64,000 nucleotides of DNA from a virus (Duplodnaviria > Caudoviricetes). The stretch lies in the IMG/VR virus record IMGVR_UViG_3300035497_000412. The stretch is one strand, 5' to 3'. Below the pieces are notes generated by a model. The model had not been told where the DNA came from and did not search any database. It was given only the letters and a program-made list of their open reading frames with translations. Positions 51,917 through 62,707 of this stretch are shown one piece after another; positions within the stretch are counted from its first letter, which is position 1, and each line of letters begins with the position of its first letter. The position numbers and the translations under genes are program-made.

Positions 51917-52101
51917 TATATTTCAATCCATTCCCCTGAGCTATTTAACATATATACAGCGCCAGTGGAGATAACAATGGCAGAACTGCCCATAGCAGCA
52001 TTAGTTGGTAAAGATGTTAAGTCTTGTGGTGTATCAATGACAAATTCTTTTACATCGTAGGAGGTTTTGCCGTTTTGCGAAATGATGTTAATCATATACA
52101 T
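51916..52101 (-). CDS. Small virion-associated hypothetical protein
   Basis: LPT..AMGSSA..YMLNSSGEW. Confidence 0.6.
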   Translation of the reverse strand: MYMINIISQNGKTSYDVKEFVIDTPQDLTSLPTNAAMGSSAIVISTGAVYMLNSSGEWIEI

Positions 52102-52258
52102 ACTCTCCTTTCTTCCTTAAACTTAAAAATCTTTAAAGTTAAATTTTCCCTATCCAACCAAAAATTTCAATTTGATTTTTAATGTTATTTATGGTATAAT
52201 ATTTATATTCTGCTAAGCTCCTTTACTTTTTTTTAGTTAAAAGGAGGAAGATAAAATA

Positions 52259-53122
52259 ATGAAGAGACTATTTAATCTTGGAATTATATTAACAGTATTA
52301 CTGAGTATACTTACTATGCAATGTTATGCAGAGAATCTTAGAGAAAATCCAAATTTTGAAGCAAATATTATAGATAATTTACCCGAAGAGGCCGAGGTAA
52401 AAGTCTTATCTATGGATGGGCACTGGTATTATATTTTTTATAATGGTAATTATGGATATCTTTATAATCCATATGCAGAGACTGTTAAACTAACAGGAAC
52501 TGTTAGCGCCCAAATAGCATTAATTCGTCAGAGTCCCGATGATGAAAGCGAGATTATTGGAGTCTTAGCAGAAAATGAAGTTGTTGTAATTGAAGAAATT
52601 ACAGACGATTGGTATAAATTGGAAGATGGATATATACGACGAGATTTTCTTTAGTTAGAAGAAAATGATAATGATACCGCAGAGCAAGAAATAATTACTA
52701 TAGTAGAAGAAGACTTCGTTCCAATAGAAGAATTAATTGATCCTAATATAAACATTATAATTACTCCTAAAATAGTATCTATAACTAAGAAATATTTAGG
52801 AGTCCCTTATATTTGGGGTGGAACTACTCCAACAGGATTTGATTGTTCAGGATTTACTCAATATGTAATGCGCCAATGCGGTTACTCGATCAATCGAACG
52901 GCCGCAAACCAGTATAGCAATGGGACATATGTTGCTTATAGTGATTTACAGGCAGGAGATTTAGTATTTTTCTCTTCTGGAGGTAAAATTAATCACGTTG
53001 GCATCTATATTGGAGATGGACAATTTATCCACTCGCCGCATACTGGAGACGTAGTAAAAATTTCTAGTTTATCTGAAACATATTATACCAATCACTATTA
53101 TGGTGCAAGACGAGTATCATAA
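52259..53122 (+). CDS. Secreted SH3b-NlpC/P60 peptidoglycan endopeptidase, one TAG
   Basis: Signal peptide, two SH3b-like repeats, TAG 52652-52654, PYIWGG..FDCSG..GDLVFF..HVGIYIG. Confidence 0.88.
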
Positions 53123-53532
53123 CTTTAAAGAGGACCAAATAAGGTCCTCTTTTTTGATTTTTCATAAAAAATATAATATAATATTTATATGAATAAAATA
53201 AAAACAATTGAAATTAAACCAGAAGTAACGGTTGAGATTAAAGATTGTAAAGTTTGCGGTCAGGGAAAAATTTATAAGTTTTTATGGGATAAAAATAGAA
53301 AAAGCGCAATATTCTTGAGGTGTAAGTGTGTATAATAAACTAGTAGAAGAAATTATATTATATAAGCCAGATTTTTCCATTAAAAATGACATTACCATTT
53401 GGACATATGAAATGATTAAAACACTGGTAGAAAGAGAAAAAGATTAATCTTTTTCTCTTCCTTGATTTTTTCATAAAAATTTGTTATAATATATATAGAA
53501 AGTTAAGGAATAACTTACTTGGAGGTGTTCAT

Positions 53533-53805
53533 ATGGCTTATAAGAAAAGCAAATACTCAGCCACTGCTAATGGAGATTTGAGATTTAGAACTATCGATGT
53601 TTTAGTTAGCACGCAAGACGCTCTATGTATTGCAGATATTCAACAGTCTGATATTATTTTAGGACAGCAAACTTCACAAAAACTTACTAGAGTTCTTGGT
53701 GAGCTTATTGAAATGGGACTTGTAGTAAAAAGCAAGTCAAAGGCAAAAAATAGAATGGTTTATAAATCTGTCGCTGTAATGGAACAACAGGGGTATGAAG
53801 TATGA
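53533..53805 (+). CDS. Winged-helix protein
   Basis: TSQKLTRVLGELIEMGLV. Confidence 0.6.
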   Translation: MAYKKSKYSATANGDLRFRTIDVLVSTQDALCIADIQQSDIILGQQTSQKLTRVLGELIEMGLVVKSKSKAKNRMVYKSVAVMEQQGYEV

Positions 53806-54134
53806 TTAAGGTAAAGATGCACGTTGAAAAAGATATCGAGATGGAAGTCTCTTATCCTTTAAATATTCATGATGAAATCTCCAAATGGGAGCAAGAACAT
53901 GGACTAAAAGATTCTGTTGTCTATTTTGAATACAATGAGCCTTTTGTTGTTAAAATTAATGATATTGATTTGGGTATTTGTATTCCTGACAATAATGTAG
54001 TATATACGCCTGAAGCTTTTGGCTATGTTCAAACCAGAGATGCTTACAATGACGCTTATCTATATAATCCTAAAGATTCTTCAGAAAAAATGTATTTTGA
54101 AGGAGATACTATTCCTTTTATAGAAAGAGAGTGA
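53802..54134 (+). CDS. Hypothetical protein
   Basis: Translationally coupled ORF. Confidence 0.55.
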   Translation: MIKVKMHVEKDIEMEVSYPLNIHDEISKWEQEHGLKDSVVYFEYNEPFVVKINDIDLGICIPDNNVVYTPEAFGYVQTRDAYNDAYLYNPKDSSEKMYFEGDTIPFIERE

Positions 54135-54140
54135 TATACT

Positions 54141-55436
54141 ATGGCTTATTTTGCATATGTAACTACTTTACAGAATCTGCGGCCACATCCTAATGCTGAT
54201 CGTCTTCAGTTAGGAGATTGCTTTGGTAATACTGTTTGCGTTAGCATGGAATATACTGAGGGGCAGATTGGAATTTATTTTCCGGTAGATGGACAGTTGT
54301 CTGAGGAGTTTGCTGAAAAGAATAATTTGATTCGACACAAGGATGAAAATGGCAATAACATTGGTGGCTATATGTCGGATAAGCGCAATGTTACTGCAAT
54401 CAAGCTGCGAGGTCAGAAGTCCGATGGACTGTTTCTTCCGATTTCTTGCTTAGCATATGCTGGTAATACTTCCAAGTTGCAAATTGGCGATGCTATTAGT
54501 GTATTCAATGGGCATGAGATTTGTCAGAAGTATATTCCTAAGAAGAATTCTCGACAGAATGTTTCTGCTGGCAACCGCACCCGTAAGAAGAAGGTTCCTA
54601 TGGCCCCTCTTTTTATTGAACACGTTGATACTGAACAGCTTGCTTATCATATGAGCGACTTCCAGCCTGGTGATGATGTAGAAATTACTTTGAAGATGCA
54701 CGGAAGTTCACAGCGAACTGGGCATTTGCCTGTTTTCAAGGGATATAAGCGTTCTTTCTGGGACAAGATTACCCATAAGGAAGGAACTCCTATTTATGAC
54801 TGGGGTTATGTGACTGGAACTCGGCGTACTGTCCTTAATGAGGATTCTGAAGGATACTATGGTTCTAATGAATTTCGTAAGGTTCATAGCGATTTCCTAG
54901 AAGGTAAGCTTTGGAAAAATGAGGAAATCTTTTACGAAGTGGTTGGTTATATTGACGATAGAATTTCTATTATGCCTTCTGGAACCGTTCCTAATGAATA
55001 TCGCCAACAATATGGAAAGATTATGGAATTCTCTTATGGTATGACTGCACCCAACTCTGATATGTATGTATATAGAATGACTATGACCTCCCCCGATGGA
55101 GAAATTGTTGAGTACTCTCCTGAGTTTATGCGTTATCGCTGTAAGCAGATTGGAGTAAAGTGCGTTCCCGTCTTATGGCGCGGACGTATTCCAGAAGACA
55201 TTGATATTCCTGCTGGTGAGTGGATTAAGAATATCGCTGAGCGGTATTATGATGGTCCTGATCCTATTGGTAAGACTCATGTGCGCGAAGGTGTCGTCTG
55301 CCGCATTGTGAATCGTCCGAAGTTTGCTGGTTACAAGCATAAGAATTGGCTGTTTAAGTACGTATCTGGTATTATTGTAGAAAAAATTGCTGATAGCGAT
55401 GAAACTTATGATGCAGATATTCTTTCGGAGATGTAA
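54141..55436 (+). CDS. ATP-dependent RNA ligase (DRB0094/Rnl2-like) with N-terminal OB-like domain
   Basis: PHPNADRL, KLRGQKSDG, motif I TLKMHGSS, FYEVVG, motif IV REGVV, motif V KHKN. Confidence 0.85.
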   Translation: MAYFAYVTTLQNLRPHPNADRLQLGDCFGNTVCVSMEYTEGQIGIYFPVDGQLSEEFAEKNNLIRHKDENGNNIGGYMSDKRNVTAIKLRGQKSDGLFLPISCLAYAGNTSKLQIGDAISVFNGHEICQKYIPKKNSRQNVSAGNRTRKKKVPMAPLFIEHVDTEQLAYHMSDFQPGDDVEITLKMHGSSQRTGHLPVFKGYKRSFWDKITHKEGTPIYDWGYVTGTRRTVLNEDSEGYYGSNEFRKVHSDFLEGKLWKNEEIFYEVVGYIDDRISIMPSGTVPNEYRQQYGKIMEFSYGMTAPNSDMYVYRMTMTSPDGEIVEYSPEFMRYRCKQIGVKCVPVLWRGRIPEDIDIPAGEWIKNIAERYYDGPDPIGKTHVREGVVCRIVNRPKFAGYKHKNWLFKYVSGIIVEKIADSDETYDADILSEM

Positions 55437-55438
55437 TA

Positions 55439-55753
55439 ATGAAAATGAAAATTGATAAAGCTAGTTTTGCTAATATGATAAAGGTTATGGAAAAATACAA
55501 AGAGCAATCTGAGAACTTGTCTAAAATAGGTATTAGTGTTTGGAATCCTGTAATGAATAATTTAGAGGCTTATTATCTAATTACGTTAAAAGTTATTATG
55601 AACGACACAGGAGATTTAATTAGGTACTTTTGTTACACTTTGAATTTTGGTAAAAATTGGAAACCTGGTTGCTATCTTGGTAGAGGTGGAAAAGATATCT
55701 CTTTGAAGGATTCAAATGATTTATGGAATGCGCTAGTAGGAGAAAATGAATGA
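55439..55753 (+). CDS. Hypothetical protein
   Basis: ORF in operon. Confidence 0.55.
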   Translation: MKMKIDKASFANMIKVMEKYKEQSENLSKIGISVWNPVMNNLEAYYLITLKVIMNDTGDLIRYFCYTLNFGKNWKPGCYLGRGGKDISLKDSNDLWNALVGENE

Positions 55754-55844
55754 AGATGATTATTATTGCAGTAGTTGCTTTTATCGTTGGGTTTGGCTTT
55801 GGTGCTATGATTATGTCACTGATGGCAGTAAAGGAGGAAAATTA

Positions 55845-56090
55845 ATGAACGAAAATAATAATAATAGTATTTTTGAAGTTCTTACGGAAGCACTTGCATC
55901 TGTTATTGCTGGAATTATTATTTTATTTGTTGACGCTGCACTTGCGACATGGCTTTGGAATCTTATTGTAGTTTTAGTGTTTCATGCCCCCGCACTCGTT
56001 TTTTGGCAGGCATTTGGCCTTATCGCTTTGGTAAGAATTATTTTAAATTTGGAGACTATTACGTTCAGTACAGATACAAATGAAGAATAA
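55845..56090 (+). CDS. Small membrane protein
   Basis: SD GGAGG; WLWN..FWQAFGL. Confidence 0.55.
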   Translation: MNENNNNSIFEVLTEALASVIAGIIILFVDAALATWLWNLIVVLVFHAPALVFWQAFGLIALVRIILNLETITFSTDTNEE

Positions 56091-56183
56091 TAAAAAAATC
56101 AAGGATTCTAATAAAAAGAGAATCCTTGTTTTTTTTATAAAAATATGCTATAATATATATATAAAATAAAGGAGATGTTAAGT

Positions 56184-56537
56184 ATGAAATTTAAGCATCG
56201 AAAGAGTGCTCAGCGCAAGATTAACAAGGCAGTTAAGAATATGAATAAGAGCATTGCCGTTGACCCTCTGTGGAGAGGAAGATTTTGTGCCCATCAGACT
56301 TACTCAAGTTGGGAGAGTTTTACAGATGGCTCTGGTGGAATTCTAAATGTAAATATTGAGTTTAAGGATAAAAAGACTGGTTACACAAAGTTGTTTCTTT
56401 TTGATAGCTGCGGTAGAATTGAATGGTATCTTTTTCTTGCTATGAATGATTTCATTGTAACAGATTGTCACGATTCTACTTGGGGCGATAGAGAGGCTAT
56501 TTTAGCAGATACTACTGATTATACAAAGATTAATTAA
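56184..56537 (+). CDS. Hypothetical protein
   Basis: Promoter, SD; DPLWRGRF. Confidence 0.6.
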   Translation: MKFKHRKSAQRKINKAVKNMNKSIAVDPLWRGRFCAHQTYSSWESFTDGSGGILNVNIEFKDKKTGYTKLFLFDSCGRIEWYLFLAMNDFIVTDCHDSTWGDREAILADTTDYTKIN

Positions 56538-56538
56538 T

Positions 56539-57231
56539 ATGATATATGTAACTTCAGATTGGCATGGTTATTTAGCTTTATATGACGAAGCTAAAAAAAT
56601 ATTATCTCCAGATGATACCGTGTATTTTTTAGGAGATATTATTGATAGAGGTCCAGAGCCTTGGAAAATTTTTAAAACCCTTTATAAAGACCCCCAATTT
56701 ATTCTGCTTTGCGGTAATCATGAAGATATGCTTATTAAAGCTTTGAATAATCAATTAAAGTCTATAGAACTTCTCCGTCAAAATGGAGGATATGAAACTT
56801 ATATGCAAGTTCTTCAAGAAAAAGACGTTGAAAAGTGGGTAAAGCGTTTACAGTCTTTACCATTAATGACATCTTTAAACAATGAAAAAGGACAAAATTT
56901 GATTTTATGTCATGCAGGGTATACTCCAAAAGAAGGCTTCATTCCCACCTCAGATGATTTGTTATGGAATCGAAATCATATTTACAATAATTGGAGTGGT
57001 GATGATAATACCATTGTAATTCATGGACACACCCCCATTGCAAGTATGAATAAAAGATTTAAAAAAGCAAATGACTTTTATGAAACAGAAAGATTTACCA
57101 CATTGCAAACTTCAGCAGTTTTATATTATTGTGACAAGCATAAAATCGATGTAGATATGGGCACAGTAAAAACTCATATGGCAGTTCTTCTAAATATAGA
57201 CACTTTTGAAGAAATTATTTTAAAAATCTAA
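56539..57231 (+). CDS. Ser/Thr phosphatase-family metallophosphoesterase
   Basis: SDWHG, GDIIDRG, GNHE, HAG, HGHTP. Confidence 0.88.
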   Translation: MIYVTSDWHGYLALYDEAKKILSPDDTVYFLGDIIDRGPEPWKIFKTLYKDPQFILLCGNHEDMLIKALNNQLKSIELLRQNGGYETYMQVLQEKDVEKWVKRLQSLPLMTSLNNEKGQNLILCHAGYTPKEGFIPTSDDLLWNRNHIYNNWSGDDNTIVIHGHTPIASMNKRFKKANDFYETERFTTLQTSAVLYYCDKHKIDVDMGTVKTHMAVLLNIDTFEEIILKI

Positions 57232-57251
57232 ATATAGAGTAGGTGGTTTAT

Positions 57252-57521
57252 ATGGCTAGGAAAAACATTGTTGAGCATGATTTTTATTGTCTGAATTGCG
57301 GCAAGCGCGCTTTGACTCTCCCGCGCAAGCAAGGACATCAGCATGAGAGATTTCATAGAAAAAAACTTTATTGCCCTTGGTGCCAAATGAAAGTCAATGC
57401 GATTGAATGTAAAACTTGGGAAGATAGAATTGAATTTCAGGAAAATTTTGAAAAAGGAATTTATAAGGAAGAGGCTGCCGCAAGTATTGAGTATGCGCTA
57501 AATGAGAGGAAATATGATTAA
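57252..57521 (+). CDS. Zinc-ribbon protein
   Basis: CLNCG..HRKKLYCPWC. Confidence 0.6.
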   Translation: MARKNIVEHDFYCLNCGKRALTLPRKQGHQHERFHRKKLYCPWCQMKVNAIECKTWEDRIEFQENFEKGIYKEEAAASIEYALNERKYD

Positions 57522-57987
57522 AACGTCCAAGAATTTATATTTACTTTGCGGGATTCCAGGATCTGGGAAATCGACTTTTGTTAAGAACGACCTTGCGCGT
57601 ACTCATGGCAAATGGATTTCACGAGATGAGGTAAGATTCAGTATTGTTAATGATGATGAAGAATACTTTTCTCATGAGGATGAAGTTTTTAATACTTTTA
57701 TCATTTGGATTAATGAAGCTCTTAATAATTATGATGATGTCTATGTAGATGCTACTCATTTAAATGAAAGAGCTAGAAATAAAGTTCTGAAGCGTCTTAA
57801 CTTATTTGATGTAAATATTATTGCTGTCAACTTTAATGTAAATGTTAATATCTGTTTAGAACGTAATTCCAAGCGAGAAGGTAGAGCTTGCGTTCCTGAG
57901 AAGGCCATCCGCAATATGTATGCAAGTTGGCATCCTGCTAAAAAGGGAGAGCTATTTAATTATACAGAAATTATTAATATTGAGTAA
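57514..57987 (+). CDS. P-loop polynucleotide kinase-like protein (AAA_33)
   Basis: GIPGSGKST, SRDEVR, VDATHL, RNSKR. Confidence 0.85.
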   Translation: MIKTSKNLYLLCGIPGSGKSTFVKNDLARTHGKWISRDEVRFSIVNDDEEYFSHEDEVFNTFIIWINEALNNYDDVYVDATHLNERARNKVLKRLNLFDVNIIAVNFNVNVNICLERNSKREGRACVPEKAIRNMYASWHPAKKGELFNYTEIINIE

Positions 57988-57994
57988 AAAGAGG

Positions 57995-58571
57995 GTGATT
58001 TTTACGATCTGGTTTACTTCAGATTGGCATTAGCCACTTTAATCATAACAAGGACTTCATTTGGAAATCAAGAGGATTTTCAAGCGTTGAAGAGATGAAT
58101 AAGGAAATTGTGTTTCGACATAATCTTTTTGTTTCTCTGTGGGATGATGTCTATGTACTTGGTGATCTTTGTCTTGGCGCGGATGACGTTTATGAAGATA
58201 ATAAACGTCTTATTGAATCTTTGAATGGCAGACTTCATATTGTGCTGGGAAACCATGATAGCCAAAAGCGCATTGAAATGTATAAAACTTGCAAGAATGT
58301 TGTTGAAATTTGCGGCTATGCTACAATGCTAAAGTATAAGAAATACATTTTTTATATTAGCCATTATCCAACTTTGACAAGTAACTTTGATAATACTAAG
58401 CCGCTAAAAGCAAAAACTATCAATCTGTGTGGACATGGTCATGTTGAAGACAAGTTTGCGGATATTGATAAAGGCTTGATTTATCATGTGGAAATGGACG
58501 CACACAGTTGCTACCCTATTGCCCTTGATGATATTATTGAACAACTTAAATATAGATATTTAGAGGTATGA
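57995..58571 (+). CDS. Metallophosphoesterase with a +1 frame break in the first metal motif
   Basis: IWFTSDWH in one frame; HFNHNK..LGD..GNHD..SHYP..GHGH in the +1 frame; junction CAT TAG C CAC. Confidence 0.65.
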
Positions 58572-58737
58572 GCTTTTCTCATACCTCTTTTTTTTTAATT
58601 CAATTTTCGTTAGGCTAGACACGCTCGCTTGCTGATTTTTCACCCGTATAGCATTTTTTTAACCAAAAAGTTGGATTTGCTTTTTCCGGTTTTTTTTAGT
58701 ATAATAATATTAATAGATTAGAAGAAAGGAGAATCTT

Positions 58738-59178
58738 ATGGTAAAGGAAAAAATTGAATTTAACTGGATTGAAGAATTGAGTATGGCTACTTGCAACCTT
58801 GAAGTTAATGGCCATGTTTTCCATGGATCTGCTACTTGCCATCCAAAAGATAAAGATATGTGTAGTGAAAAAACTGGAGAAGAAATTGCCTATCGTCGTG
58901 CCACAATTAGTTATCTGTAGTATTTAAAGGAAAATTACCAAGGACGAATTCAAGGTTTAAAACAATTTTATTATTCAATTAATCAAAGTAAAAAATATAA
59001 TGCGGATAGTTATGAAGCTATTATGCTACGGCGTCAAATACGTCTTCTTGAAGAAGAATTAGATATTATTAAAGAAATGATTATTGAAGAAAAACATGGT
59101 TTAAGAACTTATATTTCTTTAAAAGATGATTTTTATAATACAGTTCGTTCTATTAGGGGTAAGGACAAGAACTATTAA
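58738..59178 (+). CDS. Hypothetical protein, one TAG
   Basis: Frame continues after TAG 58918-58920 to TAA 59176-59178. Confidence 0.6.
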
Positions 59179-59240
59179 TTTTATATTAATAAAATACTAC
59201 TATTAATAGAAGGATTCATATCTTCAAGTAAAAAAGGAGT

Positions 59241-59483
59241 GTGGTTTATATCGTTTCGTTATTATTTTTTTTACTGGGGATAATTTTTATTATTTTTGTT
59301 TATCCTATAATTGACGGAGTGTGTTCTATTATATTAACGCAAATAGAATACATTAAGGGGATATATGCTCTTAAAATTTCTAAGTTAAATTTGCAGATAT
59401 CGTCTTTGGATGAAGACAAAGAAACAATGAATCCAATAGGTTTTGTGATTAGTTCAGACAAAGATGAAGGAGGAAACAAATGA
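59241..59483 (+). CDS. Small membrane protein
   Basis: Hydrophobic N-terminus; coupled to phoH. Confidence 0.5.
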   Translation: MVYIVSLLFFLLGIIFIIFVYPIIDGVCSIILTQIEYIKGIYALKISKLNLQISSLDEDKETMNPIGFVISSDKDEGGNK

Positions 59484-61016
59484 AACGCAATTTCTATGAT
59501 ACAAGCAGTCTACTATTAAGAGCTGATGATTTATTTTCAAAAGAAGAAAATATAGCCTTTTCTTCCATAACTTTACAAGAATTGGAAAGCATTAAAAGTT
59601 CAACGAGTAAAGATTTAGATATAAAATTTGCAGCTCGAAAACTTCTTCATCTTTTTATTAGACATCCAAACGAATATGAAGTTTTTATTTATAATGATAA
59701 TATGAATACTCCTATTTGCAAAAAGGGGCTAGAATTAACAAATGATACCAAAATTCTAGCAACTGCTATAGCATATGATCAAGCATATCCAGATGAAGTT
59801 ATATTTATTACTAATGATTTAGCTTTATACAATATTGCCAATCTATTTTTTGGTAATGATAGTATTGATATGGTTGAAGAGGATAAAGCAGATGATTACA
59901 CTGGATATTTACAGGTCAATATGAGTGAATAGGAAATGGAATATTTTTATTCTAATATGAATAAAAATATTTATGATTTATTAGTAAATCAATATTTAGT
60001 CATTTGTGATAAAGATAATAATTTTGTTGATAGCTATTGCTGGACGGGTGAAAATTATCGTCCTTTAAATTATGATGCTTTTAATTCTATTTGGTTTGGT
60101 AAGGTTAAACCTTATAAGAATGATGTATATCAAAGACTGCTATTTGATAGCTTATATAATAATGATATGACTATCATTAGAGGTCCAGCTGGATGCGGTA
60201 AGAGTTTTTGCGCAATGAGCTATTTAATGTATGCGCTTGATAAAGGCATTATTGATAAGATTTATATTTTTTGTAATCCAGTAGCTACAAAAGATTCCGC
60301 TCGACTTGGGTTAATTTAAATTAGGGTAAGGCTCAAGTATAAAACTCCGTGAATTGCTGGAACCTCCTTAGAGCTATACAAACCACAACATAAACATGAA
60401 ATAAGGTTAAATGTGAAGGTTTAAGAATTGTGTAGATTGGACAATCAGCAGCGAAGCCTCGAATAGAGGAACGTTCATCGACTATCGAAAAGCGCATATG
60501 CGAACTTAGTAGAGTAGGATAATTATCCGAAGCGCGGAGATTCTATTTTTAGAATAAGATATAGTCAGGCTTTTGATGAAAGTCAAAAGGTTAAATGTTT
60601 ACCCTGGCGATAAGAACATGAAGCTTTTAGATTCTCAGATTGGAAATTTTTTAGTCGGTAAATTTGGAGGAATGGAAGCCGTAGATGAATTAATTGAAAA
60701 AGGTCAATTGATTTTAGCACCAATTTCAGATTGCAGAGGAACCGATTTAAGTGGAAAAATTGGAGTTTATATGACTGAAGCGCAAAATACAACTGTTGAT
60801 ATAATGCAATTAGTTCTCCAAAGAGTTGGCAGTAATTGTAAAGTTATCATTGAAGGTGACGATAAAGCACAAGTTGATTTAAATGCTTACTCCAATGGAA
60901 ACAATGGTCTAAGAAAAGCTTCTCAAGTTTTTAGAGGACAAGATTATTATGGAGAAATTACACTAAATGCTTGCCATAGATCAAAAATTGCTAGACAAGC
61001 AGAATTAATGACCTAA
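59480..61016 (+). CDS. phoH: PIN-PhoH protein; exons 59480-60311 and 60598-61016; one TAG
   Basis: PIN YDTSSLL..NDTKIL..ITND; Walker A GPAGCGKS; spliced LGFYPGD; RG, EAQN, GDDKAQVD, HRS. Confidence 0.88.
60312..60597 (+). ncRNA. Group I intron in phoH (286 nt)
   Basis: AATTGCTGGAA / AATCAGCAG / TTCATCGACTA / AAGATATAGTC; guide AGGGTAAG-G-CTCAAGT pairs with both exons. Confidence 0.92.
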
Positions 61017-61076
61017 CCAAAAGAAGGCAATTATTTGCCTTCTTTTATTTTTTCGATTTTTAAGGAGAGATTAGTT

Positions 61077-62153
61077 ATGAAATATACTTCAAGTAATAAA
61101 CCTTTAGTTTGTATGTAGACTAATTCTACTTGTTACAAAGGAACAAAAACTATGACTATTAAAGGAGTACTTTGGCATAGCACAGGGGCTGCTAACCCTA
61201 CTTTAAAGCGTTATGTACAACCTAGTTCCGACGATGCAAATTATGATAAGTTAATTAAACTTTTGGGGAAAAATACAAACGGAAATGACTGGAATCACAT
61301 TTCTCATAGTGCAGGATTAAATTGTTGGATTGGTCAACTAGCTGATGGGACTGTTACAACAGTACAAACCATGCCTTGGAATTATCGTCCTTGGGGGTGC
61401 GGTTCTGGCTCTAAAGGTAGTTGTAATGACGGTTGGATTCAATTTGAGATCTGTGAGCCGACCGCATTAACTGATGCAACTTATTTTAATAAAGTTTATA
61501 CAGAAGCTTGTGAAATTACTGCTTATTTATGCAAGCTTTATAATATTGACCCAAAAGGCACCGCAACTGTTAATGGAGTAAAGGTTCCTACTATTTTATG
61601 CCATCAGGATAGCTATAAACTCGGTCTTGGCACGAACCATTCTGATGTCTATAACTGGTTTAATAAACATGGAAAGACTATGGACGATGCGCGATCGGAC
61701 GTCGCAAAATTAATGGGAGTTTCTACTTCTGAAAATAAGGACTCTAGCTCATCTGGGACTAGTTCTAGCGAAGTTACAGTTAATTATACGGTTACTGTAT
61801 CATCTAGCTCAAATTTAAACTGTAGAAAAGGGCCAGGAACTAATTTTGCTATTGTGACATCTTATCCAAAAGGAACCAAATTAACCATCACTAAGGAAAA
61901 TAACGGCTGGGGATATACTGGCAAAGGCTGGGTTTCATTATCTTATGTTACTAAAGTTGTTACTTCTTCTAGCTATCAAGTGCGCGTGACCGCAAGTTCT
62001 TTAAATATTCGTAAAGGCCCAGGCACCTCATACGCAATTACTGGGGTTATTAAAGATAAAGGAACTTATACTATTACTAAGACTTCTGGCGGATGGGGAT
62101 ATTTGCGTAGTGGTGCTGGATGGATTAATCTTAGCTATACTAAAAAGGTATAA
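61077..62153 (+). CDS. Endolysin: N-acetylmuramoyl-L-alanine amidase with two SH3b domains; TAG at codon 14
   Basis: SD AAGGAG at ATG 61077; WHSTG, QFEICE, HSDV; LNCRKGPGT and LNIRKGPGT. Confidence 0.88.
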
Positions 62154-62155
62154 TT

Positions 62156-62566
62156 ATGGATACCGAAAAAGAGATTACTAAAGAAGAAGAAAAATGGTCA
62201 CAAGAAAAAGAAATTCTTGAAAGAAAATATAAATTAAAGCAAGATAAAGCAGAATTTCATAAATCTTTTAAGAAAAAACCTTCTACTTCAAAACTTTTAG
62301 TTGCTTTTTTGTTTTTAAACTGCGTTATTGTTGAAATTTTTACTGGTTGGGTTACTATCCAAAGTATTAGATTGGCAGAAATTAATGAAATCATGCCAGA
62401 TTTTACCCCATTAGTAACTTTAATTGGGGCTGTAATTGGAGAGGTAATTGGATTTGCGGTTTATGCTTTAAAGGCAGCAAAAGAGAATAGCGCGGGCGGA
62501 TTAATATATGAAACTACTATGTCAGAATTAAAAAGTTTTGAAGACGACACAGATAGTGTTGGTTAA
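62156..62566 (+). CDS. Probable holin
   Basis: Two TM helices, directly after the endolysin. Confidence 0.55.
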   Translation: MDTEKEITKEEEKWSQEKEILERKYKLKQDKAEFHKSFKKKPSTSKLLVAFLFLNCVIVEIFTGWVTIQSIRLAEINEIMPDFTPLVTLIGAVIGEVIGFAVYALKAAKENSAGGLIYETTMSELKSFEDDTDSVG

Positions 62567-62707
62567 AATTATAAAGGCTTCTGAGTGTAATAGCTCAGAA
62601 GCCTTTTATTTTTTTTCTCAAAAACTTGACTTTTACAAAAAATTTTAGTATAATTATAATAGTAAATATGAAAAGTTATTTATATAATACTTTAATTAGG
62701 AGGAAAT

